Shown: in pieces, positions 24,773 to 32,000 of the stretch
How positions within the stretch are numbered: the stretch's first letter is position 1
Layout: every line of letters starts with the position of its first letter
Assembly (NCBI RefSeq): GCF_000179635.2
Contig: NC_014833.1
Location: 1,740,001-1,772,000 of the forward strand
From: Ruminococcus albus 7 = DSM 20455
GTDB taxonomy: Bacteria > Bacillota > Clostridia > Oscillospirales > Ruminococcaceae
Reading direction: 5' to 3'
DNA length: 32,000 nt
The notes under the pieces: generated by a model
The model's input: only the letters and a program-made list of their open reading frames with translations
Told to the model about the DNA's origin: nothing
The model's database searches: none
Translations under genes and position numbers: made by a program

Positions 24773-25363
24773 TCAGCGAATCTTTGTTTTTCTTTTTTTA
24801 TTTTTGGAGCTTTCGGCAATCATAGCTGCAGCAACGGTGAATACTCCCGATGCCGCATAAAAGCAGAGCCTCACGTTCACTGTTATTGTAACTATGCAGA
24901 ACAGTGTCCATATCCCTGCCCATATCACCGAACTGTTTCTCAGCTTTCTGCACTTTTCAGCACTCAGTGGTTTGTTGGGATGCTCGACCGGTGAAAGCAG
25001 AATGATAATGATGTTTGACAGTATAAGCATGAGCATTGAATCGATCATCATTGAAGCTTCAGGAATATATTTAACTGTAAATACGAATATCAGCATAACA
25101 GTCATCAGCAGAATTGAACATCTCAGATGAGTATCCGCGTGATAACCTCCTGCGTTTACTCTTAGTGTCATGAATGAAGCCAGATTTATCAGACATGGCA
25201 GGAATGATCTTGTGAGCAACGCTATCGTTAATGATATGATCAGATTAAGTACAGTCGAAAGCAGAAGTTCCATGCCGTATGAATAAACATCCTCGTCCTC
25301 TGCCTTGATTATATTATTGTCAATAAAAAAACACGCTGATCTTTTTGCAAGCCTGGAGATCAT
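24773..25363 (-). CDS. agrB: Accessory gene regulator B (AgrB) membrane peptidase
   Basis: Polytopic membrane protein carrying the AgrB hallmark MTLRVNAGGYHADTHLRCSILL. Confidence 0.9.
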   Translation of the reverse strand: MISRLAKRSACFFIDNNIIKAEDEDVYSYGMELLLSTVLNLIISLTIALLTRSFLPCLINLASFMTLRVNAGGYHADTHLRCSILLMTVMLIFVFTVKYIPEASMMIDSMLMLILSNIIIILLSPVEHPNKPLSAEKCRKLRNSSVIWAGIWTLFCIVTITVNVRLCFYAASGVFTVAAAMIAESSKNKKRKTKIR

Positions 25364-25384
25364 TTATTTTCACCGCCTGACATA

Positions 25385-25452
25385 AGTATAGCGTGTTTGA
25401 TAAAATTTTTCAATTCCTTTTGCATGAAGTGTGTCCTTTAGTGCGTGAAGTG
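25385..25452 (-). promoter_or_regulatory. agrBD promoter with LytTR-type direct repeats
   Basis: Minus strand reads CACTTCACGCA (25452-25442) and CACTTCATGCA (25431-25421), 21 nt start-to-start. Then 7 nt, TTGAAA (25413-25408), 17 nt spacer, TATACT (25390-25385). Confidence 0.65.
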
Positions 25453-25460
25453 ACATGGCG

Positions 25461-26747
25461 TTAATACTTTATTATTATGTCCACACAGAAGATTTCACAT
25501 TCGCATTTGAATTTTATGATACCGTTCAATTCCTCGACCGCTTTCCTGATACTGCCTATACCAAGACCATGAGAGGACAGATCGCTTTTTTCTGTGCGCA
25601 GATCATTTACATCTACAGGGTTGGATGAGTTTGAGATGCTTATATGCAGGTTGCCGTTTATCTGACTTATCCTTATGCTTATGAATTTATCCTCGCCGTG
25701 ATACCTCTCACAGCCCTCTATCGCATTGTCAAGAAGATTTGCAAATATCCTGCACAGCTGAAGATCATCAAGTTCGATCTTATCAGTAACTGTTATCTGT
25801 GTAACATAATCAATACCGCGTTTCAAAGCCTCCTGCCATTTCAGATTAACGATGGAGTCTACGGAGGATATGCCGGTATAGCATACACCACTTGATTCGG
25901 AAAGCCTGTCCTGAAGATCGTTCAGATGTTTTATTGCCTCAATGGTCCTGCCTTTTTCAAACATATCGTTTGCAACGGCGATCTGATTTTTGAAATCATG
26001 TCTCAGTGTGCGTATCTCATTGTACTTATTTTCTATCAGTTTGTAGTTTTCTTCATCGTTTTTCAGCTGCTGCTCCATCAGTGCCATTTTCAACTGATTT
26101 GCGTATACATCAAAGAAATCAAATACAAAAAGATTCAGGGTTAGCAGCCCCACAGCAGATACGATAAATATTATTGAGTCTTTTGCACCTTCGCGATTCG
26201 GGTCAAACATACTATACAGGATAAGTATGCTGAACAGTGGCGTAAGCACTATCGCAAACCAGTTCCTGAGAGGTATGCTGCGGGTCTTGTTTTTCAGGAA
26301 TTCTATGACATACACCGAAAGCCAGAACATGAGTATTTTTGATATTATCATACCGATATACCGTCCCTTGCCCGAAGAAAGCTGATCCATCGGCGTACCC
26401 AGGTCAAGCATATGAAGTACGGCTATGGGTATAAATTCTGATACCAGCGCTATCACGATAAACATCACCGAATAAAATACCCGTTCTATAAGGTTTACGT
26501 TGAACCATATCCGTGTGGTCATAACAAGCAGGAGCAGAGTGGCTCCAAGATTCAGCAACGGTACAGGCATCAAAAAGGATATGGCTGAAAATGCAGATAT
26601 TGATATCAACATCATTAAAGCGATCCCTTTTGAACCATGATAGTATTTCCCTTTGAATATGTTGAATAAAAAGAATACTATTATCACAGATTCAGCAGTA
26701 TTGTTTAGCAGCTCAGCTATGATCTCATTACCTGTCATTATATGCAC
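25461..26747 (-). CDS. AgrC-like membrane sensor histidine kinase (HPK10 / GHKL)
   Basis: About 6 N-terminal TM helices. H-box RHDFKNQIAV, N-box FANLLDNAIEG, G-box HGLGIGSIRKAV. The more likely start is ATG 26738, which overlaps the regulator stop (TAATG). GTG 26747 is the ORF-track start. Confidence 0.85.
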   Translation of the reverse strand: MHIMTGNEIIAELLNNTAESVIIVFFLFNIFKGKYYHGSKGIALMMLISISAFSAISFLMPVPLLNLGATLLLLVMTTRIWFNVNLIERVFYSVMFIVIALVSEFIPIAVLHMLDLGTPMDQLSSGKGRYIGMIISKILMFWLSVYVIEFLKNKTRSIPLRNWFAIVLTPLFSILILYSMFDPNREGAKDSIIFIVSAVGLLTLNLFVFDFFDVYANQLKMALMEQQLKNDEENYKLIENKYNEIRTLRHDFKNQIAVANDMFEKGRTIEAIKHLNDLQDRLSESSGVCYTGISSVDSIVNLKWQEALKRGIDYVTQITVTDKIELDDLQLCRIFANLLDNAIEGCERYHGEDKFISIRISQINGNLHISISNSSNPVDVNDLRTEKSDLSSHGLGIGSIRKAVEELNGIIKFKCECEIFCVDIIIKY

Positions 26748-27457
26748 CTGCTTTTCGTGTATTCAATAAAAGCTTCGACTATATCCTTGTAGTGCCTGCG
26801 GCTTATATAAAGATGCTCACCGTTTTTAAGGAGCAGTCTGTCCTTTTCTACAAAATCTATATTCGCTGCATTTACAAGGTGACTTCTGTCAGGCTTTGCA
26901 AAATACATACCTTTGAAAGTGTCTTCATAATCCTTGAGCTTGCCTGTTGTCCTGTGGCATTTATCTGCAAGGTGTATGATTATTTCACGTGAGTATACCT
27001 CGATGTAGTAGATATCATCTATCATAAGCTTTTGAAGAACATCATTACTGTATATGGTGATATACTTCAGTTTTCTGTTGTATTCATTTATTGTATCCTT
27101 TATCTGCTTTATGTATATGGGTCGCGGCTGATCTTTAAGAATATAGCGGAAAGCGTTTACCTCATATCCTGAATAAACGAATTTTTCATAATTGGTAAGA
27201 AATGCAAGGATAACGTTGCGGTCAAGTGAGCGGATGTATTCGGCTGTTTTAAGACCATCCATCTCAGCCATTTCAATGTCCATAAAAATAATATCGAACT
27301 GACCTCTGGTAAAATTTGAAATTATATCCTCACCACTGTTGAATGACCTGAAATGAAAGCGAGTTGTATCTCCGTAGATCTCAGTAATATCATTAAGCAG
27401 TGTATCTATACATATCTTTTCATCATCACATATTGCTATATTGATCAAGGCTTCCAC
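26738..27457 (-). CDS. LytTR-family response regulator (AgrA-like)
   Basis: Receiver domain (NIAICDDE..., FDIIFMDIEMAEMDG) and C-terminal LytTR domain (IYYIEVYSREIIIHLADKCHRTTGKLKDYE). The start may be TTG 27448, which follows AAGGAAGGTGG. Confidence 0.9.
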   Translation of the reverse strand: MEALINIAICDDEKICIDTLLNDITEIYGDTTRFHFRSFNSGEDIISNFTRGQFDIIFMDIEMAEMDGLKTAEYIRSLDRNVILAFLTNYEKFVYSGYEVNAFRYILKDQPRPIYIKQIKDTINEYNRKLKYITIYSNDVLQKLMIDDIYYIEVYSREIIIHLADKCHRTTGKLKDYEDTFKGMYFAKPDRSHLVNAANIDFVEKDRLLLKNGEHLYISRRHYKDIVEAFIEYTKSRCI

Positions 27458-27484
27458 CTTCCTTGTAAATAATTTACTTATATA

Positions 27485-27513
27485 AGTATAACATTTGTTT
27501 TAAAATTAATCAA
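27485..27513 (-). promoter_or_regulatory. Sigma-A promoter of the regulator-kinase genes
   Basis: Minus strand reads TTGATT (27513-27508), 17 nt spacer, TGT-TATACT (27493-27485). Confidence 0.5.
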
Positions 27514-27612
27514 GTGTTGATTTAATATTATTTGTTGATTTTCTGATCTGATATGTTTGTTCATATCTTTGCATACAGTTCATTTTTTTGTGAGATCTTT
27601 ATAGCAAAAATA

Positions 27613-27644
27613 TCCCGTAAGCGATGAGAAAAACGCTTACGGGA
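27613..27644 (-). terminator. Terminator of the transglutaminase-like gene
   Basis: TCCCGTAAGCG (27613-27623) pairs with CGCTTACGGGA (27634-27644), a perfect 11 bp stem. There is a T-run on the minus strand (27604-27612). Confidence 0.7.
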
Positions 27645-27649
27645 GTATG

Positions 27650-30196
27650 TTATGATCTTATATACTGCTGTACAGCTTTTTCATAGTTATACAGTGCTCT
27701 CACAGTACTGCAAAGCTGTGAATAGGTACTGTCTTTCTCATAACGAAGCAGAGTTTCATAAACATATGTCATGGGACTTACAGTAACTTTACCGCCGTCA
27801 GCCTGCGTAACAGTGTATTTTGTTTCCAGTTTGTTAGCTGTGATATTGGGGATCTCCACGTAATTCATACCCTGTGCTGTGCCTGTAACAAATTCGACGT
27901 TTCTGTTACCGTTTTCTTTTACAGTGCAAGAGGAAACATCGCCTTTGTAGTAAAGCCTTAATGCTGTTTCTGAACGAAGCAGCAGCGACTGACCGTAGTA
28001 CGTTGTTTTATTGCCGTTGCTCACACTTGAAGCAAAGTCTCTTACATCGTAAGATGTAAGCCCTGTAACAGTTTCAGCGGATGTGGTGCCGTCGAAGAAG
28101 GCTTTGGCATTGTTGCCGTATACCTTTAAAGCGTCAGCCAGTGCAGCGAGTTTTTCGTTGCTGTTTTCGCTCAGCTTGTCAAGATATTCAACAGGGGAGT
28201 AATCAAAGCTTCTTACATAGGGGGTGTAGTTCAGCAGCGAGAACTCGGTGGTATTACCGTTGCCGTAGCAGAAGCTTATGTTTACCTTTTCGTTGATATC
28301 CTTAGGCGGCAGCAGGTAAGTGACTCTGTATCTGTATTTCTCATCGTGTGAAAGTTTTGATAATGGGATCTTTTCCACGCCGCTGCTTCCGTTTATAATA
28401 ATATACCCGTCATCGATGATGTCATATTCGGGTTGGAAGTATACGTTCAATCCCAGCTGGCTTCCAAGTGAAACACTGAATCCGTTAATAACTGTTGTGA
28501 CTATTTTATAATCTGTATCGATGACAGCATCACCCATCGAAATGGTCACTACAAGGTCATTGTCATCAGTCCATTCGTAATTGGATATATTTATAAAGGA
28601 GATCTTTGTTACTTCGTATTCATCACGCACCCTTATCGTGACCTTTGTTCCCTCATAATATTTGCCGTTTACTGCAGGCTTATCTGAACTTACAACCTCC
28701 ATTGATTCAGGCAGAGTAAGGGAGCACAGATAAACGGTCTTGCTGGTTTTGTATACCTTTCTGCCGAATTCCACAGAGGCAGTATAGTGCGTATTTCCAA
28801 AACTGTCACTATATGACTCTATGCTTGCTTCAACGGTATGGTTCTCTGTGCAGTCTTTACATCTGAATGTGGCTGTTGCACTTGTCATATCATCAGACCA
28901 TGTCCATGAAGGATCTCCGTAGCTGTGTTCATGTGAAGGAGAAGTATATGGTTCATCACCGAAGTCGTATACTGCTGTATAAATTGTTCCGCTGCTGTCG
29001 TTGGGAGATGACTTGTATACGGCGTATGCAATCCCGTCCTTGATATAACAGCCGTAGATACTTTTGCCGGAGGGCTTTTCAGGGGTGACCAGCACGCCTG
29101 TTTCAGAGGTCGCAGGGTCGATCCAGCATATTGAATCTGGGGTATTGTAATACAGCTTGTCACCATGCTTGAAAAGAGCTGTAAATATACCTATCCAGTA
29201 ACTGTAGCCGCCGGCAGACCATCTCATGTTTTTCAGCTCGGCAACGGTCGTTTTCTTCAGAGTGCCGCTGTTTTCGCCAAGCTGGATGTCGAGCCTGACC
29301 AGCTTCTTGTTTTCATCTATGGCATATAGTCCTCCGTTCAGACCGACTATAGCGGTATTCAGATCAGTTATTCCTGAGTTATCGAAATAGGTGTCATCGG
29401 GATAGATCGTATCATAGTCAGAGTGTTTGCCGTCGTTTTTCAATGCTGTATCACTTAGGGCATAAAATGTATGGAATACCTGACCGTTGATATTGGGAGT
29501 GGGGTCATTCCAGGTTATGTCTATATTGAAGTATCTGCCCGGTATAAGCTCGGCTTTAAGCCACTGATGGTTCATACTGTCGGAGAATATTATCTCTGAC
29601 CGTATACCGCACTGAGAAAGCAGATATGCATACACTTTTGAATAAAGGTCGCAGTAGCCTATCTTCTCTATCATGAAGCTGTAGGTCTGCTTGTTGGCAA
29701 CATCGGGATACTCATAAGCCACATCGCTGACGAGGGCATCGTGGAGCACCAGTGCCTTTTCAAAGTTTGACATATCATCGTTGACAAGAGCCAGATACTT
29801 ATCAGCCTCATTGTAGAACTCATCGAGCATACTCATGCTCGTATCTTTATCGTAGGAGTAGATAGGGATTATAGAAGTAACGTATGAACCGTTTGTATAG
29901 TATTGCAATTTCTTCCAGTAGAAAAGTTCAGGGTAATTTGCAAGGACAGCCTGCTGAAAGTCACCTATCTTGCTTGTACTGAGTCTGAGTCCGCTTATAT
30001 CAATCGGGGAGGTCTGATAGGCAAGTGCAGCTTTGCCTACGGTTTTTATGTAGTCCTCCCAGTTTGCCTGTACGCGTTGGTCATAGTCTATCATGGTCGG
30101 GTCGGTCTGAGTTGCTGCCCATGTGGGTATGGAAGTAAATGCCATGCAAAGAGCAGCAATAACAGCAGTGATCCTTTTTATATTGTTTTTGTTCAC
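27650..30196 (-). CDS. Secreted multidomain protein with transglutaminase-like (Cys-His-Asp) core
   Basis: Signal peptide MNKNNIKRITAVIAALCMAFTSIPTWA|A. Core motifs IGYCDLYSKVYAYLLSQCGI, MNHQWLKAEL and YFNIDITWNDP. The long beta-rich C-terminal half has no recognisable anchor. Confidence 0.7.
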   Translation of the reverse strand: MNKNNIKRITAVIAALCMAFTSIPTWAATQTDPTMIDYDQRVQANWEDYIKTVGKAALAYQTSPIDISGLRLSTSKIGDFQQAVLANYPELFYWKKLQYYTNGSYVTSIIPIYSYDKDTSMSMLDEFYNEADKYLALVNDDMSNFEKALVLHDALVSDVAYEYPDVANKQTYSFMIEKIGYCDLYSKVYAYLLSQCGIRSEIIFSDSMNHQWLKAELIPGRYFNIDITWNDPTPNINGQVFHTFYALSDTALKNDGKHSDYDTIYPDDTYFDNSGITDLNTAIVGLNGGLYAIDENKKLVRLDIQLGENSGTLKKTTVAELKNMRWSAGGYSYWIGIFTALFKHGDKLYYNTPDSICWIDPATSETGVLVTPEKPSGKSIYGCYIKDGIAYAVYKSSPNDSSGTIYTAVYDFGDEPYTSPSHEHSYGDPSWTWSDDMTSATATFRCKDCTENHTVEASIESYSDSFGNTHYTASVEFGRKVYKTSKTVYLCSLTLPESMEVVSSDKPAVNGKYYEGTKVTIRVRDEYEVTKISFINISNYEWTDDNDLVVTISMGDAVIDTDYKIVTTVINGFSVSLGSQLGLNVYFQPEYDIIDDGYIIINGSSGVEKIPLSKLSHDEKYRYRVTYLLPPKDINEKVNISFCYGNGNTTEFSLLNYTPYVRSFDYSPVEYLDKLSENSNEKLAALADALKVYGNNAKAFFDGTTSAETVTGLTSYDVRDFASSVSNGNKTTYYGQSLLLRSETALRLYYKGDVSSCTVKENGNRNVEFVTGTAQGMNYVEIPNITANKLETKYTVTQADGGKVTVSPMTYVYETLLRYEKDSTYSQLCSTVRALYNYEKAVQQYIRS

Positions 30197-30318
30197 GATA
30201 TAGGCCTCCTCGTGTATTGTTTATAGTGTATTAAAATAATCCAAATTCTAATTTTATTTTATCACAATTAATGAGTGAAGTCAATGGACTAAATGAAAAC
30301 AAATATTACATTCTCGGC

Positions 30319-30677
30319 CCTCGCGCGGGTACGCATCACGTCACGTACAAGGTGATTGAGGGAAGAATGTTTCTCGGTAACCATTGTCAGCTGTAGCGGA
30401 GAGTTTGTTTCCCCTCGCGCGGGTACGCATCACGTCACGTACAAGGTGATTGAGGGAAGAATGTTTCTCGGTAACCATTGTCAGCTGTAGCGGAGAGTTT
30501 GTTTCCCCTCGCGCGGGTACGCATCACGTCACGTACAAGGTGATTGAGGGAAGAATGTTTCTCGGTAACCATTGTCAGCTGTAGCGGAGAGTTTGTTTCC
30601 CCTCGCGCGGGTACGCGTCACGTCACGTACAAGGTGATTGAGGGAAGCGTGTTTCACGGTAAACATTGTCAGCTGTA
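30319..30677. repeat. 94-bp tandem direct repeat, 3 identical copies plus 1 diverged, truncated copy
   Basis: The unit TCGCGCGGGTACGCATCACGTCACGTACAAGGTGATTGAGGGAAGAATGTTTCTCGGTAACCATTGTCAGCTGTAGCGGAGAGTTTGTTTCCCC starts at 30321, 30415, 30509 and 30603. Copies 1-3 are identical by eye. Copy 4 has 5 substitutions by eye and ends near 30677. Confidence 0.9.
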
Positions 30678-30764
30678 AAGAAAAATGGCTATACCGTACG
30701 TATTTGTAAACGGTATTATCAAAAATGTTCTGAACGGATATGAGCAAATATATCTCACAGTGTC

Positions 30765-30793
30765 TTTACATTTTAAGAAATTTATGCTATAAT
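30765..30793 (+). promoter_or_regulatory. Sigma-A promoter of the DUF4261-like gene
   Basis: TTTACA (30765-30770), 17 nt spacer, TGC-TATAAT (30785-30793). Confidence 0.55.
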
Positions 30794-30854
30794 CTAAAAG
30801 ATGATCCGAACGGGGTACACCCCCATTTGCAAATCTATAACGGAGGTAATTACA

Positions 30855-31619
30855 ATGGCTGAAAATACAGGAAACAACGAGAAAAAAGAGGGAAATGTTC
30901 TTGCAGGATTTGTCCTCTATAAAGATGCCAACATGGATTGGGCAAGGTTCAGAAAATCTTTGAAAGAGGATTGGGGCATAGAAGCCGAGGGCGAAGACGA
31001 GGTCAAGGATAACGCCATAGTATTCCACACCGAAGGTATGGTAGTTGCTTGTTCGCTTATGCCGAACCCTGTACCCAACAATGAGGCAGAGGAATGTGCT
31101 AAGAATAATATTCTCTGGAAAGACGGTGCCGCTGAAGTTGCAAAGCATCAGGCTCACGTCATGGTAGCGGTAATGAACAAGTTCGATGCTATGGAACAGG
31201 CTATCCTTTTTGCGAAGATAGCTTACAGCCTGCTAAAACTTGACAACGCAATTGGTATATACAAGAATCCCACAGTATACGAGAAGAAGTTCTATATTGA
31301 TTTTGCAGAAACGATAAAAAACGGTGAGCTTCCGGTACCTATACTTCTTTATACAGGTATGTATCTTGCTAAAGACGGTCTTTGTGCATTCACACAGGGA
31401 ATGACCTTCTTTGGTAAGAACGAGATGGAGATCATCGATAGTAAGCAGCAGCCTGATCAGGTGGTCGGATTTATGTTCTCCATCGAGGAATATGTTCTGA
31501 GTGAGGATGTTGAACTGAAAGACGGCGAGACCATCGGTTTTTCAGAGGAGCAGAAGCTGCCCATAAGTGTGGGTGAAGGTGTCAGCGTAAAGGGCATCAC
31601 CGCAAAGATAGGTTTCTGA
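30855..31619 (+). CDS. Conserved hypothetical protein, DUF4261-like
   Basis: ATG 30855 is preceded by GGAGG (30842-30846). The ORF-track start 30801 lies at the predicted transcription start. The sequence pattern (LMPNPVPNNEAEECAKNNILWKDG..., DGETIGFSEEQKLPI) recalls DUF4261 proteins, from memory only. Confidence 0.5.
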   Translation: MAENTGNNEKKEGNVLAGFVLYKDANMDWARFRKSLKEDWGIEAEGEDEVKDNAIVFHTEGMVVACSLMPNPVPNNEAEECAKNNILWKDGAAEVAKHQAHVMVAVMNKFDAMEQAILFAKIAYSLLKLDNAIGIYKNPTVYEKKFYIDFAETIKNGELPVPILLYTGMYLAKDGLCAFTQGMTFFGKNEMEIIDSKQQPDQVVGFMFSIEEYVLSEDVELKDGETIGFSEEQKLPISVGEGVSVKGITAKIGF

Positions 31620-31620
31620 T

Positions 31621-32000
31621 ATGGATATCACAGGATTCAAGGCTGCAGTATTTGATCTTGACGGAACGCTCATACGCTCAAAAGGAGTATGGAGCGAGAT
31701 AGACAGGCAGTTTTTCAGAAAGCGGGGGCTTGAAGTCCCCGATGATTACTGCCGTGCTGTATCCACTAAAAATTTCAGGTCTGCAGCTGTGTACACCAAA
31801 GAACTTCTCGGGCTGGAAGACAGTGTTGAGAGCATAATGCAGGAATGGCATGAAATGGCAGTATACGAATATACACATATCATCGGTGAGGTTGACGGTG
31901 CGGCTGATTTTCTCAGGTATCTTTCCGAAAAGGGGATAAAGCTGGGGCTTGCCACAGCAAACTCAGCGTCGCTTTATGAGCCTGTGCTGAAAAGGCTTGG
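31621..32000 (+). CDS. HAD-superfamily hydrolase (5' part, runs off the window)
   Basis: Begins MDITGFKAAVFDLDGTLIRS (HAD motif I DxDGT). The frame is open to the end of the window. Confidence 0.75.
   Translation, partial: MDITGFKAAVFDLDGTLIRSKGVWSEIDRQFFRKRGLEVPDDYCRAVSTKNFRSAAVYTKELLGLEDSVESIMQEWHEMAVYEYTHIIGEVDGAADFLRYLSEKGIKLGLATANSASLYEPVLKRL

Noticed and set aside
24737-25130. Plus-strand ORFs 24737-24994 and 24894-25130
   Set aside because: They are antisense to agrB, which carries the diagnostic AGGYHA motif, and show no independent signals.
27545-27623. Second small peptide ORF (25 aa, MNCMQRYEQTYQIRKSTNNIKSTLD) upstream of the LytTR regulator
   Set aside because: It has no RBS and no AgrD-like Cys-x4 plus acidic-tail architecture. 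It overlaps the promoter region.
30319-30677. CRISPR array or tandem riboswitches as an explanation for the 94-bp repeats
   Set aside because: The whole 94-bp unit repeats head-to-tail with no unique spacers, and no cas genes are in the window, so it is not CRISPR. Near-perfect identity of the copies and a position upstream of the neighbouring promoter do not fit tandem riboswitches. I could not match any riboswitch consensus I know.
30529-31157. Minus-strand ORFs 30529-30747 and 30669-31157, and the ORF-track start 30801 for the plus-strand gene
   Set aside because: The first lies in the tandem repeat. The second is antisense to the DUF4261-like gene. ATG 30801 sits at the predicted transcription start and has no RBS, whereas ATG 30855 has GGAGG upstream.
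9348-31619. Integrated mobile element or prophage at the tRNA-Pro locus
   Set aside because: No integrase, recombinase, transposase, phage or conjugation gene occurs anywhere in the window. The repeated tRNA is a full-gene duplication 220 bp apart, not an att-type partial 3' duplication at a distant boundary. The region may still be accessory, but a mobile element is unsupported.

Overview
Chromosomal segment of a Firmicute, probably Clostridia and Ruminococcus-like; the taxon is inferred from gene content, GGAGG-type RBSs and TGnTATAAT promoters. The left ~9 kb is core. It holds the 3' end of a dGTPase-like gene, the dnaG-rpoD macromolecular-synthesis pair, an Rrf2 regulator and a membrane GH25-like protein. 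It also holds a minus-strand vat (streptogramin A acetyltransferase)-araC operon, a BspA-type LRR protein and an asparagine-synthase homologue lacking its N-terminal nucleophile. A consensus promoter drives a tRNA-Pro(GGG)/tRNA-Pro(CGG)/tRNA-Pro(GGG) cluster at 9.35-9.64 kb. Everything to the right looks accessory. It starts with an orphan SUKH (SMI1/KNR4) immunity-type gene and a small Cys-rich protein. Next comes a tightly coupled ~9.8 kb five-gene operon: MoxR/YehL-type AAA+ ATPase, DUF5682-like protein, VWA protein, SWIM zinc-finger protein and a 1115-aa DUF4132-like protein. This operon has no assigned function and is my top candidate for the undescribed system. It is followed by a MarR regulator with a fused MacB-type ABC transporter. 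A complete agr-type quorum-sensing locus then lies on the minus strand: LytTR regulator, AgrC-like kinase, AgrB, and a 49-aa AgrD precursor absent from the ORF track, with LytTR-type direct repeats in the agrBD promoter. The window ends with a secreted transglutaminase-like protein, a 94-bp tandem repeat (3 perfect copies plus 1 diverged copy), a DUF4261-like protein and the start of a HAD hydrolase. I saw no CRISPR array, rRNA, transposase or integrase. All family assignments come from motif recognition by eye, not from searches.
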